Assembly: GCF_000025685.1 (NCBI RefSeq)
Contig: NC_013967.1
Span: forward strand, 2,370,001-2,402,000
Direction: 5' to 3'
DNA length: 32,000 nucleotides
Source: Haloferax volcanii DS2
GTDB lineage: Archaea > Halobacteriota > Halobacteria > Halobacteriales > Haloferacaceae
The translations under genes and the position numbers were made by a program. The notes under the pieces are model-generated. The model was not told the origin of the DNA, ran no database searches, and saw nothing but the letters and a program-made list of their open reading frames with translations. Positions 8,641 through 16,873 of this stretch are shown here, one piece after another. Numbering within the stretch: the first letter of the stretch is position 1; each line of letters starts with the position of its first letter.

Positions 8641-8736
8641 GACCGAGACGACCGGCGCACCGTCGCGCGCCGAAACACTCACCGCGACCGACTCACCGGC
8701 ACAAGAGCCATCAGGCTCGCCCGCGAGCCTGTACGC

Positions 8737-9234
8737 ATGCAACGGTCGGACCAACGGGAGTCTGAGCAGTCCGTCGACGACCTGCTCTCCGGGGTGAACC
8801 GCGAGCGCGACGAGGCGACGCAGGCGGAGCGTTCCGCCTCGTCCGGCGGCGGCGGTCGCCTCGGCGGGCTGTTCTCCCCGCGCGTGTTCCTCGCGGCGCT
8901 CCTGCTCTCCATCGGCGGACTGCTCGTCGGCGGTGCGATTCCCCTCGTCGGCTTCATCGGGCGGTTCGTCGGCATCGCCGCCGCCGGCTTCGTCCTCGGC
9001 GTCGTCGGCTCGAAGCGATACTACACGGAGGTCGTCCTCGCCGGTGCAATCGCGGCGGGCCTCGCGTTCGTCCTCTCGACGCTGTTCGCCGTGTTCGCGC
9101 CCTTCGCGGTCCAACTGCTCGCGGACTACGGCGTCGCTATCGCGGGCGTCGGCGCGGCGAGCGGCGGGCTCGCGGGGCTGGTCGGTCACTACTTCGGCCG
9201 CGACCTCAGAAACGGGCTGACCCAGGAGCTGTAA
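8737..9234 (+). CDS. hypothetical integral membrane protein
   Basis: 165 aa with an ATG start. Polar N-terminus followed by 3-4 Gly/Ala-rich hydrophobic helices. No family recognised. Confidence 0.55.
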   Translation: MQRSDQRESEQSVDDLLSGVNRERDEATQAERSASSGGGGRLGGLFSPRVFLAALLLSIGGLLVGGAIPLVGFIGRFVGIAAAGFVLGVVGSKRYYTEVVLAGAIAAGLAFVLSTLFAVFAPFAVQLLADYGVAIAGVGAASGGLAGLVGHYFGRDLRNGLTQEL

Positions 9235-9237
9235 GCG

Positions 9238-9891
9238 TCAGTCGATTCGCCAGCGGTCGCCGTTGTGGGCGACGAGGCCGCCTTCGGCGAGGTGGTGGAG
9301 CGCGCTGTCGACGACCGCGGGGTCCGCGTTGAGTTCCTTTGCGATGCCGCGGACGGTGTTCGACCCGTTGGCGAGCGCGGCCAGAATCTCCGCGTAAAAG
9401 CGGCTGTCGGCGTCGACGCCGAGGCGGTCGTTGAGGCGGTCGAGCACGTCGGTGATGCGGCCCTGCACCCACCGCTGAGCCAAGGAGAGTTCGTTGTCGA
9501 GCTCCTCCAGTTTCCCGAGTTCGCGCGCCAACTCGGAGACGTCGTCGGTGCCGGCGTTCTCGACTTCGAGCGTCACGTGCGGACAGCGCCCGGCCATGTC
9601 GAGGCTCGGACTCGGCGGGTAGGCGCTCTTCGCGCCGAAGCCGTACGGCGAGACGTTCACCTCCAGTCGGAGGTTCCGCGAGATGTGGAAGTACTTGCGC
9701 CGTTGGTCGTCGGTGCGCGACTCGATGAGCCCCGCGTCCTCCAGCTTTCGGAGGTGGTCGATGACGGCCTTAGGGCTGACGCCGAGGTACTCGCTTATCT
9801 CGGTGACGTAGCACGGTTTGTGCGAGAGCAACCGCAGGATGCGCCGGCGGTTTTCGTTCCCGAGTAGGTCGAGCAGTACCGCGGAGTCCAT
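9238..9891 (-). CDS. ArsR-type winged-helix transcriptional regulator with C-terminal helical domain
   Basis: LLGNENRRRILRLLSHKPCYVTEISEYLGVSPKAVIDHLRKLEDAGLIESR is a clear ArsR/HTH_20-type motif. Confidence 0.8.
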   Translation of the reverse strand: MDSAVLLDLLGNENRRRILRLLSHKPCYVTEISEYLGVSPKAVIDHLRKLEDAGLIESRTDDQRRKYFHISRNLRLEVNVSPYGFGAKSAYPPSPSLDMAGRCPHVTLEVENAGTDDVSELARELGKLEELDNELSLAQRWVQGRITDVLDRLNDRLGVDADSRFYAEILAALANGSNTVRGIAKELNADPAVVDSALHHLAEGGLVAHNGDRWRID

Positions 9892-9956
9892 TACGAGGTC
9901 ATAGACTGCCGGTGGGGAAAAGCCTGACTCATGTGATACTCCGCGCTGTCGTGCGA

Positions 9957-10658
9957 TTAGCGATTGTGACTCGCGGGGCGTTCACGGGCGGTCTCCGTGG
10001 CGTCCGGGAGGCGGTCGAACGCCCGCGACGCGAGGAACACCGCAAGAAACGAGAGGGCGACGGTGATGCCCGCGAGGAGCGCCCCCGCCTCGTACTTCAG
10101 CGGCGGGTAGTAGCCGAGGCCGTAGTCGAACACGTCGTTGACGAGCGCGAGCGTGAGGGCGAACCCGAGTGCGCCCTTCGTGGTCGCGCCGTACCGCGGC
10201 ACGACGAGCGCGAGCGCGAGAAAGCCCGCGTGAGTGAGCATGATGCCCCAGTAGTCCCACAGCGCGGCCCCGGAGAAGCCGACGTAGAGGTCGGGTCGGA
10301 GGTTGAGCGCGACGACCGTCCAGACGCCGTATTTGACGAGCCAGACGAACGCGAGGGTGTGGAGGTACGCGAGCGGTCGGTTGACGGGTGCGTCGGCGAC
10401 GCGGCGACCGAGGTTCGGAAGCAGCGTCGCGGCCGACAGCGTCATCAGCGCGAGGGCGGCCGGCGAGTCACCGAAAAGCGGGTAGAGAAACGTCGGCAGG
10501 TCCGACAGCGCGGGGTCGGAGTGGACGTAGAAGCTCACCCCGACGAGGAACGCGGCGGCGTTGAGGACGAGGAAGACGACGAGGCTCGGGCCGTTTCCGA
10601 GGTAGTACTCCGTCCAGTCGTCGACCGCCGCGTCGAGGTCGAAGTCTCGCAGACCCAT
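9957..10658 (-). CDS. polytopic membrane protein (DUF1405-like)
   Basis: 233 aa with an ATG start and about 6 hydrophobic helices. The family name is from memory and is not verified. Confidence 0.6.
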   Translation of the reverse strand: MGLRDFDLDAAVDDWTEYYLGNGPSLVVFLVLNAAAFLVGVSFYVHSDPALSDLPTFLYPLFGDSPAALALMTLSAATLLPNLGRRVADAPVNRPLAYLHTLAFVWLVKYGVWTVVALNLRPDLYVGFSGAALWDYWGIMLTHAGFLALALVVPRYGATTKGALGFALTLALVNDVFDYGLGYYPPLKYEAGALLAGITVALSFLAVFLASRAFDRLPDATETARERPASHNR

Positions 10659-10793
10659 CGCCGAGTCGGACGGCGCGCCGAAAGAAAAGACCGTCGGGGC
10701 GACACCCCGGGGGTCGATGGCTCCGTACGCGACACGTTGTCACCCCATGTCGGGAGCAAAGGACAGTTAGCCCGGCGCGCCGAACGGCGACGT

Positions 10794-12374
10794 ATGGACG
10801 CAGCACTCATCATCCTCGACGGGTGGGGACTCGGCGACCACGACCGCCGCGACGCAATCAAGGCGGCGGACACGCCGAACTTCGACCGCTACCGCGACGC
10901 GGGCGCGTTCGGGACGCTCATCGTCGACGGCCGGCGCGTCGGTCTCCCGGACGGCCAGATGGGCAACAGCGAGGTCGGCCACCTCAACATCGGGGCCGGC
11001 CGCGTCGTCAAGCAGGCGTACACCCGCATCGGCGACAGCATCGACGACGGCTCGTTCTACGAGAACGACGCCATCACGGCCGCCTACGACCACGCCGACG
11101 AACACGACGGGCGCGTCCACCTCATGGGCCTCGTCTCCGACGGCGGCGTCCACTCCGACCAACAGCACCTCCACGCGCTCATCGAACTCGCCGCCGACCG
11201 CGGCGTCGAGGCCGTCACCCACGCCTTCACTGACGGCCGCGACACCAGCCCCACCGGCGGCGAGGAATACCTCTCGGACCTCGAAGCCGTCGCCGACGAG
11301 CAGGGAACCGGCGGGGTCGCCACCGTCTCCGGGCGCTACTACGCGATGGACCGCGACCAGAACTGGGAACGCACCAAGCGCGCCTACGACGCCATCGTCG
11401 AGCGGGAGGCCGAGTGGACCGCCGAGACGGCCGTCGACGCCGTCACCGAGTCGTACGACCGCGGCGACACCGACGAGTTCGTCGAGCCGACCGTCGTCGA
11501 CGACGCGCCCGCGCTCGAAGACGGCGACTCGGTCGTCTTCTTCAACTTCCGCGCCGACCGCGCGCGACAGCTCGTGGGGATGCTCTGCGACATCGAGCCC
11601 GTCTGGGAGTTCGAGACGACGCCGCCGGAGCTTCTCATGACGACGATGACGCAGTACGACAAGACGTTCGACGTGTCCGTGGCCTACCCGCCGGAACAGC
11701 CCGAGGACACGCTCGGGGAGGTGCTCGCCGGGGCGGACATGACGCAGCTTCGGATGGCGGAGTCCGAGAAGTACCCCCACGTCACCTACTTCCTCAACGG
11801 CGGCCGCGAGGTCGAGTTCGACGGCGAGATTCGGAACATCGTCGAGAGCCCCGACGTGCCGACCTACGACCTCCAGCCCGAGATGTCCGCGGTGGAGCTC
11901 ACCGACACGGCCATCGACATCATCGAGTCCGACGACCCGAACGTGATGGTGCTCAACTACGCCAACCCCGACATGGTCGGCCACACCGGCGACTACGGGG
12001 CCGCCATCGAGGCCGTCGAGGCTGTCGACGAACAGCTCGGGCGGCTCGTCGAGCGCGTCCGCGCCCGCGGCGGCCACGTCTGTATCACCGCCGACCACGG
12101 CAACGCCGACGACATGGGAACCGAAGACGACCCGCACACGGCCCACACGTTCAACCCCGTCCCGTTCGTCTACCTCGCGGCCGACCGCGACGACGAGGCG
12201 GCCGCGGAGAACGACGCCGAGGCCGAGCAGGACGAAGTCGACCCCGACCACCCGCTTTCGGGCGGCCGGACCGTCCGCGAGGGCGGCTCGCTGTGCGACA
12301 TCGCGCCGACAATCCTCGAACTCGTCGGCGTCGACCAGCCGTCCGCGATGACCGGCGAGTCGCTGTTAGATTAG
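10794..12374 (+). CDS. gpmI: 2,3-bisphosphoglycerate-independent phosphoglycerate mutase
   Basis: From MDAALIILDGWGLG the protein is 526 aa, with GNSEVGHLNIGAGR, SDGGVHS and NYANPDMVGHTG motifs. The 820-aa track ORF has a spurious N-terminal extension antisense to the preceding gene. Confidence 0.9.
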   Translation: MDAALIILDGWGLGDHDRRDAIKAADTPNFDRYRDAGAFGTLIVDGRRVGLPDGQMGNSEVGHLNIGAGRVVKQAYTRIGDSIDDGSFYENDAITAAYDHADEHDGRVHLMGLVSDGGVHSDQQHLHALIELAADRGVEAVTHAFTDGRDTSPTGGEEYLSDLEAVADEQGTGGVATVSGRYYAMDRDQNWERTKRAYDAIVEREAEWTAETAVDAVTESYDRGDTDEFVEPTVVDDAPALEDGDSVVFFNFRADRARQLVGMLCDIEPVWEFETTPPELLMTTMTQYDKTFDVSVAYPPEQPEDTLGEVLAGADMTQLRMAESEKYPHVTYFLNGGREVEFDGEIRNIVESPDVPTYDLQPEMSAVELTDTAIDIIESDDPNVMVLNYANPDMVGHTGDYGAAIEAVEAVDEQLGRLVERVRARGGHVCITADHGNADDMGTEDDPHTAHTFNPVPFVYLAADRDDEAAAENDAEAEQDEVDPDHPLSGGRTVREGGSLCDIAPTILELVGVDQPSAMTGESLLD

Positions 12375-12433
12375 AATAAGACGCCGCCGCTCGCGCACCG
12401 ATTCTCGCGTTTTCTTTCTCCGTCGCTGTTCTC

Positions 12434-13066
12434 CTACGCGCCCGACCCGCTTCGGTAGCGACGGTACGCGGTCGGGACGAGCATCGACACGCCTGCGATA
12501 GCGGCGAGGACGACGAACTCCGGGCGGACGGCCGCCGCGAGCGAGTCCGTCGTGAGCGTCTCGACGGACGCGCCGGCGACGACGCCCGCGACGGCCCACG
12601 GAAGCTCCCCGGCGGCGGTCCCGAGCGCGAACGCGCCGAGTCGGACGTTGGCGACGCCCGCCGCCACCGACACCACGTCGGAGGGAATCGGCAGCAGACG
12701 GCTCGCGGCCACGCCCTTCACCGACCCCGTCTGTTCGACGGTTCGCTCGCCGACGCCGGCAAATCTGGTCGCCCCGCGGTAGCGCCGCGCGAAGAGGAAC
12801 GGCGGGACGCTCGTGAGGACGATAAGCGCCAGCGCGAACGGCACGCCGACCGGTCCGAGCCCGTAGCCGACGACGAGCGCGAGGAGCGTCGTCGGCCACG
12901 CGAGAAGCGGGCGCACGAGCGCGAGCGCGCTCACGACGACGACGAGTCGCACGGGGTCGGCGGCGACCCACGTCGCGTGTGCGATGACGGCGTCTGGCGA
13001 CGCGAACAGGAGACCGGCGATGACGGCCGCGAGCGCGAGGCCGGCGGCGAGACGCGGACGGGGCAC
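12434..13066 (-). CDS. TVP38/TMEM64 (DedA/SNARE-associated-like) membrane protein
   Basis: 210 aa with a GTG start and multiple helices. The general pattern resembles VTT-domain proteins, but the family call is tentative. Confidence 0.6.
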   Translation of the reverse strand: MPRPRLAAGLALAAVIAGLLFASPDAVIAHATWVAADPVRLVVVVSALALVRPLLAWPTTLLALVVGYGLGPVGVPFALALIVLTSVPPFLFARRYRGATRFAGVGERTVEQTGSVKGVAASRLLPIPSDVVSVAAGVANVRLGAFALGTAAGELPWAVAGVVAGASVETLTTDSLAAAVRPEFVVLAAIAGVSMLVPTAYRRYRSGSGA

Positions 13067-13156
13067 GGAAGCTCTGGAGTCGGTCGTCGCGCCGCGACCA
13101 AACGCTTTGTGCTTCGGAGGGCTTTAGCCCGCCCCCGTTCGAGTGGCTCCCGAACC

Positions 13157-13528
13157 GTGACCGAGCCCACACGCGACGAGCGCGTCGAACTCGCGCTCGA
13201 CCTCCTCGCGCACCTCGAAGCCGACGAACTCTCCCTCGCCGAGGTCGTCGACCGCATCGAGACGGTCACCACGGACCCGACGCTCACCCGCGACATCCTC
13301 GACGCGGCGGAGCTTCGCGGCATCATCGAGCGCGAGGGCGGCCGCATCCGTCACAACCGCGGCGGCACGTTCGTTCGGTTCGAGAGTCAGGTCGTCCAAC
13401 GCGAGGGCGACTTCGACTGCCGCCGCTGCGGCGCGTCCATCTCGACGGGCCACTTCGTGCGGTTCGACTCCGGCGAACTCGGGCCGTTCGGCTCGTCGTG
13501 TGTGAGAAAAGCACTCGGGCGGGAGTAG
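13157..13528 (+). CDS. conserved hypothetical protein with C-terminal Cys cluster (CxxC...C)
   Basis: The only plausible in-frame start outside the divergent gene is the GTG at 13157 (123 aa). The acidic helical N-terminus and DCRRCGASISTGHF...GSSC suggest a small zinc-ribbon-like element. Confidence 0.5.
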   Translation: MTEPTRDERVELALDLLAHLEADELSLAEVVDRIETVTTDPTLTRDILDAAELRGIIEREGGRIRHNRGGTFVRFESQVVQREGDFDCRRCGASISTGHFVRFDSGELGPFGSSCVRKALGRE

Positions 13529-13561
13529 GTCGCCGCGGTCGTCGCCGGTCGCGCGACCGCG

Positions 13562-14710
13562 TTACCGCCCGCGGCGGAGTTCTTCGATGAGCTGTTCGAC
13601 CAGCTCCTGCTGGTGGCGAATCTGCTCGCTTTGGGCCTCGACGACCTCGCGGAGCGACTCGACTTCGGCAGCGAGAGCGGCGTAGTCAGCGTCCGCGGTG
13701 GCGGTATCGCCCGCCTCGGACTCGGCGGCCGATTCGAAGCCCGACCCTTCGAATCCGAGGTCGTCGGCGCCGGCGACGTTGCCGGACGACTGCTCGGCGG
13801 CCGGCGACTCGGCGGCCGACTGGGTCGTCGCGGCCTCGGCCGCCTTCGCTTCCGCCACCGCGCCGGTCGCGGCGGCAGCCTCGGCGGACCCGGTGGACTG
13901 GTTCCGAGCGGCCTGCTGGGTCGGCTCGGCGGGCGCGGCGTCCTCGGAGAGAGTGGCGTTCGCCGGCTCGTCGGATAGTTCGCCGGGGTTCGCGCTCAGC
14001 GGGTCCGGCCCCGCACCGAAGTCGGTGTTGTCGCGCTCCGTGTCGGCGCCCTCGGCGGCCGCCTGTGCCTGTTCCATCTGGACGCGGAACTCTTCGAGGC
14101 TGCCGACGCCGTGGTAGTCACACAGCGCCCGCGCGAGTTTCTCGCGAACGAGTCGCGCCTGTTCGTTGGGAATCTTGAACCGCTCTTGGCGGCCGTCGAC
14201 GGTGAGTACGACCGTCGTGGCGACGCTTCCCGACTCGAATTCGAGGTCGGTCACGTCAGCGAAGCGGTACGCCTCGTAGTCTTCGTCCCAGACCGCGCTC
14301 CCGATGTGTCGGACGACGCGGGCGTCGGTGATAACGAACGTGAGTTCGCTGAATCGGAACGCCTGAACCAGACGCTCGCCGTCTTCGTCGGTCACGCCGG
14401 CGGCCGAGAGGACGCCCTCGACGATAGGCTGGAGTGCGTCGTCGAGTCGCTTCGCGGACAGCGAGAACGTCTCGCTTCCGTCGAGACCGTAGTCCAGCGA
14501 TATCTTCGCTTTTCGTCGCCCCTCCTTGACGGACAGTTGCTCGGCAGCGTGCGAGAACTCGTCGACGGACTCGTCCGAGAGGAGGCCTTCGGCCCGATAG
14601 ACGAGCGTCCGCGTCGGAGTTACAAACAGTTCGTCCTCGCCCCCGAGGTGGACGCGGGTCACCACGTCTTCCTCTCCGAGGACGGACTGGACGATCTCCG
14701 GTTGGCTCAT
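13562..14710 (-). CDS. hypothetical protein: two PH-like (bPH-type) repeats, Ala/Glu-rich disordered linker, C-terminal coiled coil
   Basis: 382 aa counted from the second ATG. The first ATG (14737) sits inside a TTTAT TATA-like box 28 nt upstream. Domain calls are by eye only. Confidence 0.55.
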   Translation of the reverse strand: MSQPEIVQSVLGEEDVVTRVHLGGEDELFVTPTRTLVYRAEGLLSDESVDEFSHAAEQLSVKEGRRKAKISLDYGLDGSETFSLSAKRLDDALQPIVEGVLSAAGVTDEDGERLVQAFRFSELTFVITDARVVRHIGSAVWDEDYEAYRFADVTDLEFESGSVATTVVLTVDGRQERFKIPNEQARLVREKLARALCDYHGVGSLEEFRVQMEQAQAAAEGADTERDNTDFGAGPDPLSANPGELSDEPANATLSEDAAPAEPTQQAARNQSTGSAEAAAATGAVAEAKAAEAATTQSAAESPAAEQSSGNVAGADDLGFEGSGFESAAESEAGDTATADADYAALAAEVESLREVVEAQSEQIRHQQELVEQLIEELRRGR

Positions 14711-14806
14711 GCGTGTGTGCACCCGGTGTTGGGACATAAATCCGCGGGTGATGAGTCGAATCGAGTGCCGTGGTGACCCGTCCCGCGGTCGTCGGAGATG
14801 AGAAGC

Positions 14807-14813
14807 TTAAATA
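14807..14813 (+). promoter_or_regulatory. TATA box (TTAAATA) for tRNA-Met
   Basis: AT-rich heptamer 26-32 nt upstream of the mature tRNA 5' end, in an otherwise GC-rich context. This is typical archaeal promoter spacing. Confidence 0.5.
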
Positions 14814-14838
14814 CAACCAGCACACAACAGGAAGTTGA

Positions 14839-14987
14839 GCCCGGGTGGCTTAGCTGGACATAGCGCCGCACTCATAGGGTTTCACAATCGGTGCGGAACG
14901 CCTTGGAAGCCTCCGCCCCCCGCGAGGTCATGCCGGCCTCGCACCTGGGACATGCGGAGATCGTGGGTTCGGAGCCCACCCCGGGCA
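14839..14987 (+). tRNA. tRNA-Met (anticodon CAT, elongator-type) interrupted by a 75-nt intron
   Basis: Cloverleaf folded by hand. Acceptor stem GCCCGGG/CCCGGGC, D arm, anticodon stem CCGCA/TGCGG, anticodon CAT at 14873-14875, T arm GTGGG-TTCGGAG-CCCAC, discriminator A. No encoded CCA. Confidence 0.9.
14877..14951 (+). other. tRNA intron at the canonical 37/38 position
   Basis: Removing 14877-14951 restores a perfect anticodon stem-loop. The intron contains an internal hairpin (gcgagg...cctcgc) and a second copy of TGCGG (14892-14896). Confidence 0.85.
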
Positions 14988-15044
14988 TTCTTCGACTTCA
15001 GTACGTGATTGACTAATACGGGCATCGCAATGCCGTCTCCTGAT

Positions 15045-16660
15045 TCTTCACTTCGATACGGGTTCGTCTGAAACATCCACCGTGCCGCCGAACGAGACCA
15101 CGTTAGTCGAGCTTCAACCCCACAAGGGTTCGTCTGAAACGCGGGCAACCACCCGAGCGGAGGTGTCGACGCATGAGCGCTTCAACCCCACAAGGGTTCG
15201 TCTGAAACACTGCATGAGCGCCTGGGCAGTCCCGTCGACGGAGCTTCAACCCCACAAGGGTTCGTCTGAAACGGTCGGACCGCCACCGAGCCAGCGCTCG
15301 CGACGGCCGCTTCAACCCCACAAGGGTTCGTCTGAAACCTTTTCCTCGCGCCCCTCGCAAAGCACTCGATAGGCGGCTTCAACCCCACAAGGGTTCGTCT
15401 GAAACTCGGACGCCGACCGCCTGGACATCTACGTCTACGATCCGGCTTCAACCCCACAAGGGTTCGTCTGAAACAGTCTTCGCCGTCGCCCACCGCCATG
15501 GCGTTATCCAGCTTCAACCCCACAAGGGTTCGTCTGAAACGCGTGTCGTTTGAGGTGTCGACAACATTTGCAAAATTGCTTCAACCCCACAAGGGTTCGT
15601 CTGAAACCCGCTGCCCCCGAGTTGTCAACCGCTTCAAGTGCGGTGCTTCAACCCCACAAGGGTTCGTCTGAAACCGGTGTCGAGGTCGTTCGCTCCGGCG
15701 GGGATTTCGACGCTTCAACCCCACAAGGGTTCGTCTGAAACCGTCCGATGCGCTGTCGGCGTCGATGCGGAACTCGATGCTTCAACCCCACAAGGGTTCG
15801 TCTGAAACCACCGTGTTCAGTCTCTTGTCGCAGTCGGATGTCGCTTCAACCCCACAAGGGTTCGTCTGAAACTCGCGTCGCCATCACGGCGCTGACATTC
15901 GCCTACGCGCTTCAACCCCACAAGGGTTCGTCTGAAACGGTGTTCGAGGAATACATGGCCCCGGAGGGCGAGGACGCTTCAACCCCACAAGGGTTCGTCT
16001 GAAACAATCTTCCGTGGGATCTCGTAGTAATCGAGGATTTTGCTTCAACCCCACAAGGGTTCGTCTGAAACCGCTCGATACCGTCGTTGCTGTCAGCGAC
16101 CTCCGCGCTTCAACCCCACAAGGGTTCGTCTGAAACACGATTTACGAGATTATCGAAAGAATGGACGTTGAAAGCTTCAACCCCACAAGGGTTCGTCTGA
16201 AACACCAACGACTCGGATGGAAGCTGGTGAGCGATATGCTTCAACCCCACAAGGGTTCGTCTGAAACTGGGATTCGGTCTCCACAAAGACCCCACTAACT
16301 GTGCTTCAACCCCACAAGGGTTCGTCTGAAACGGGTTCGGCATGCTCCCATAGCCGCCAGTGCCGTCGCTTCAACCCCACAAGGGTTCGTCTGAAACGAC
16401 GTCGACGATGTTGTCTCGGACGAGGTCGGGCATGCTTCAACCCCACAAGGGTTCGTCTGAAACTGGGGGCGTGGAACCAATGAACCGGTCGTCGACCGGC
16501 TTCAACCCCACAAGGGTTCGTCTGAAACCGTGACTTCGAAGTCGCCGCAGACGTGCGTTCCCTCGCTTCAACCCCACAAGGGTTCGTCTGAAACTTTCTG
16601 AGATTCGAGGGCATCTTCGGACCTTTCCTCGCTTCAACCCCACAAGGGTTCGTCTGAAAC
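15045..16660 (-). CRISPR. CRISPR array: 24 identical 30-nt repeats plus 1 degenerate terminal repeat, with 24 spacers of 34-39 nt
   Basis: The repeat on the + strand is GCTTCAACCCCACAAGGGTTCGTCTGAAAC, which is GTTTCAGACGAACCCTTGTGGGGTTGAAGC on the minus strand. Perfect copies start at 15111, 15179, 15243, 15309, 15376, 15445, 15511, 15578, 15645, 15712, 15779, 15843, 15909, 15976, 16042, 16107, 16174, 16238, 16303, 16368, 16434, 16499, 16565 and 16631. The degenerate copy (7 mismatches) is at 15045-15074. Strand is inferred from the degenerate end, the AT-richer leader at the other end, and the remembered orientation of Haloferax I-B repeats. Confidence 0.97.
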
Positions 16661-16845
16661 CATCCCGAATTCACGGGTACAATGATGTGTATCACCCGAA
16701 TTCAAAAGAGTGTTTCCGTCGACCCTCAATTCACCCGCAACCCCCGGGGGGTCGACGAAAACGTCGGGTCGTCACTGGCGGTGTCGAGAACCACTCGGGC
16801 AGTCGTCACGCGGTCGGTTCGTCCGCGGGGCGCGGCCGCACGCCG
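16661..16845 (-). promoter_or_regulatory. putative CRISPR leader
   Basis: AT-richer non-coding stretch abutting the last perfect repeat. It contains three CC(C/T)(G/C)AATTCA motifs and is bounded upstream by an oligo-T tract (A5 at 16846-16850 on the + strand) after the CNNM gene stop. Confidence 0.55.
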
Positions 16846-16873
16846 AAAAATTCGAGGCGGAGCGTCGAGAGCG

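Noticed and set aside
6952-9189. 745-aa ORF suggesting a giant GatD
   Set aside because: Only the last 415 aa (from MNAGDRV at 8199) resemble GatD. The upstream 330 aa are Arg/Glu/Asp-rich nonsense lying antisense to two credible membrane protein genes. This is a stop-poor GC artefact.
10672-10784. 11-mer GGCGCGCCGAA present twice, 102 nt apart, in the DUF1405/gpmI divergent region
   Set aside because: GGCGCGCC-type strings are common in a genome of this composition. There is no dyad or phasing evidence beyond the two copies.
9912-12374. 820-aa ORF containing gpmI
   Set aside because: The first 294 aa are Arg/Glu/Val-rich nonsense antisense to the DUF1405-like gene. The genuine gpmI starts at the ATG at 10794 (MDAALIILDGWG).
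14877-14951. Box C/D guide RNA inside the tRNA-Met intron, as in the haloarchaeal tRNA-Trp intron
   Set aside because: The 75-nt intron contains no RUGAUGA-like box C and no CUGA box D on inspection.
15141-15242. Two adjacent spacers sharing GCATGAGC and GTCGACG (possible overlapping protospacers from primed adaptation)
   Set aside because: The bases flanking the shared 8-mer differ (gac vs act), so the spacers cannot come from overlapping positions of one target. The match is likely chance in GC-rich sequence.
15082-16695. Dozens of 60-130-aa ORFs with recurring peptides (FQTNPCGVEA, RRTLVGLK, QPHKGSSET)
   Set aside because: They are translations of the CRISPR repeat in different frames, not genes.
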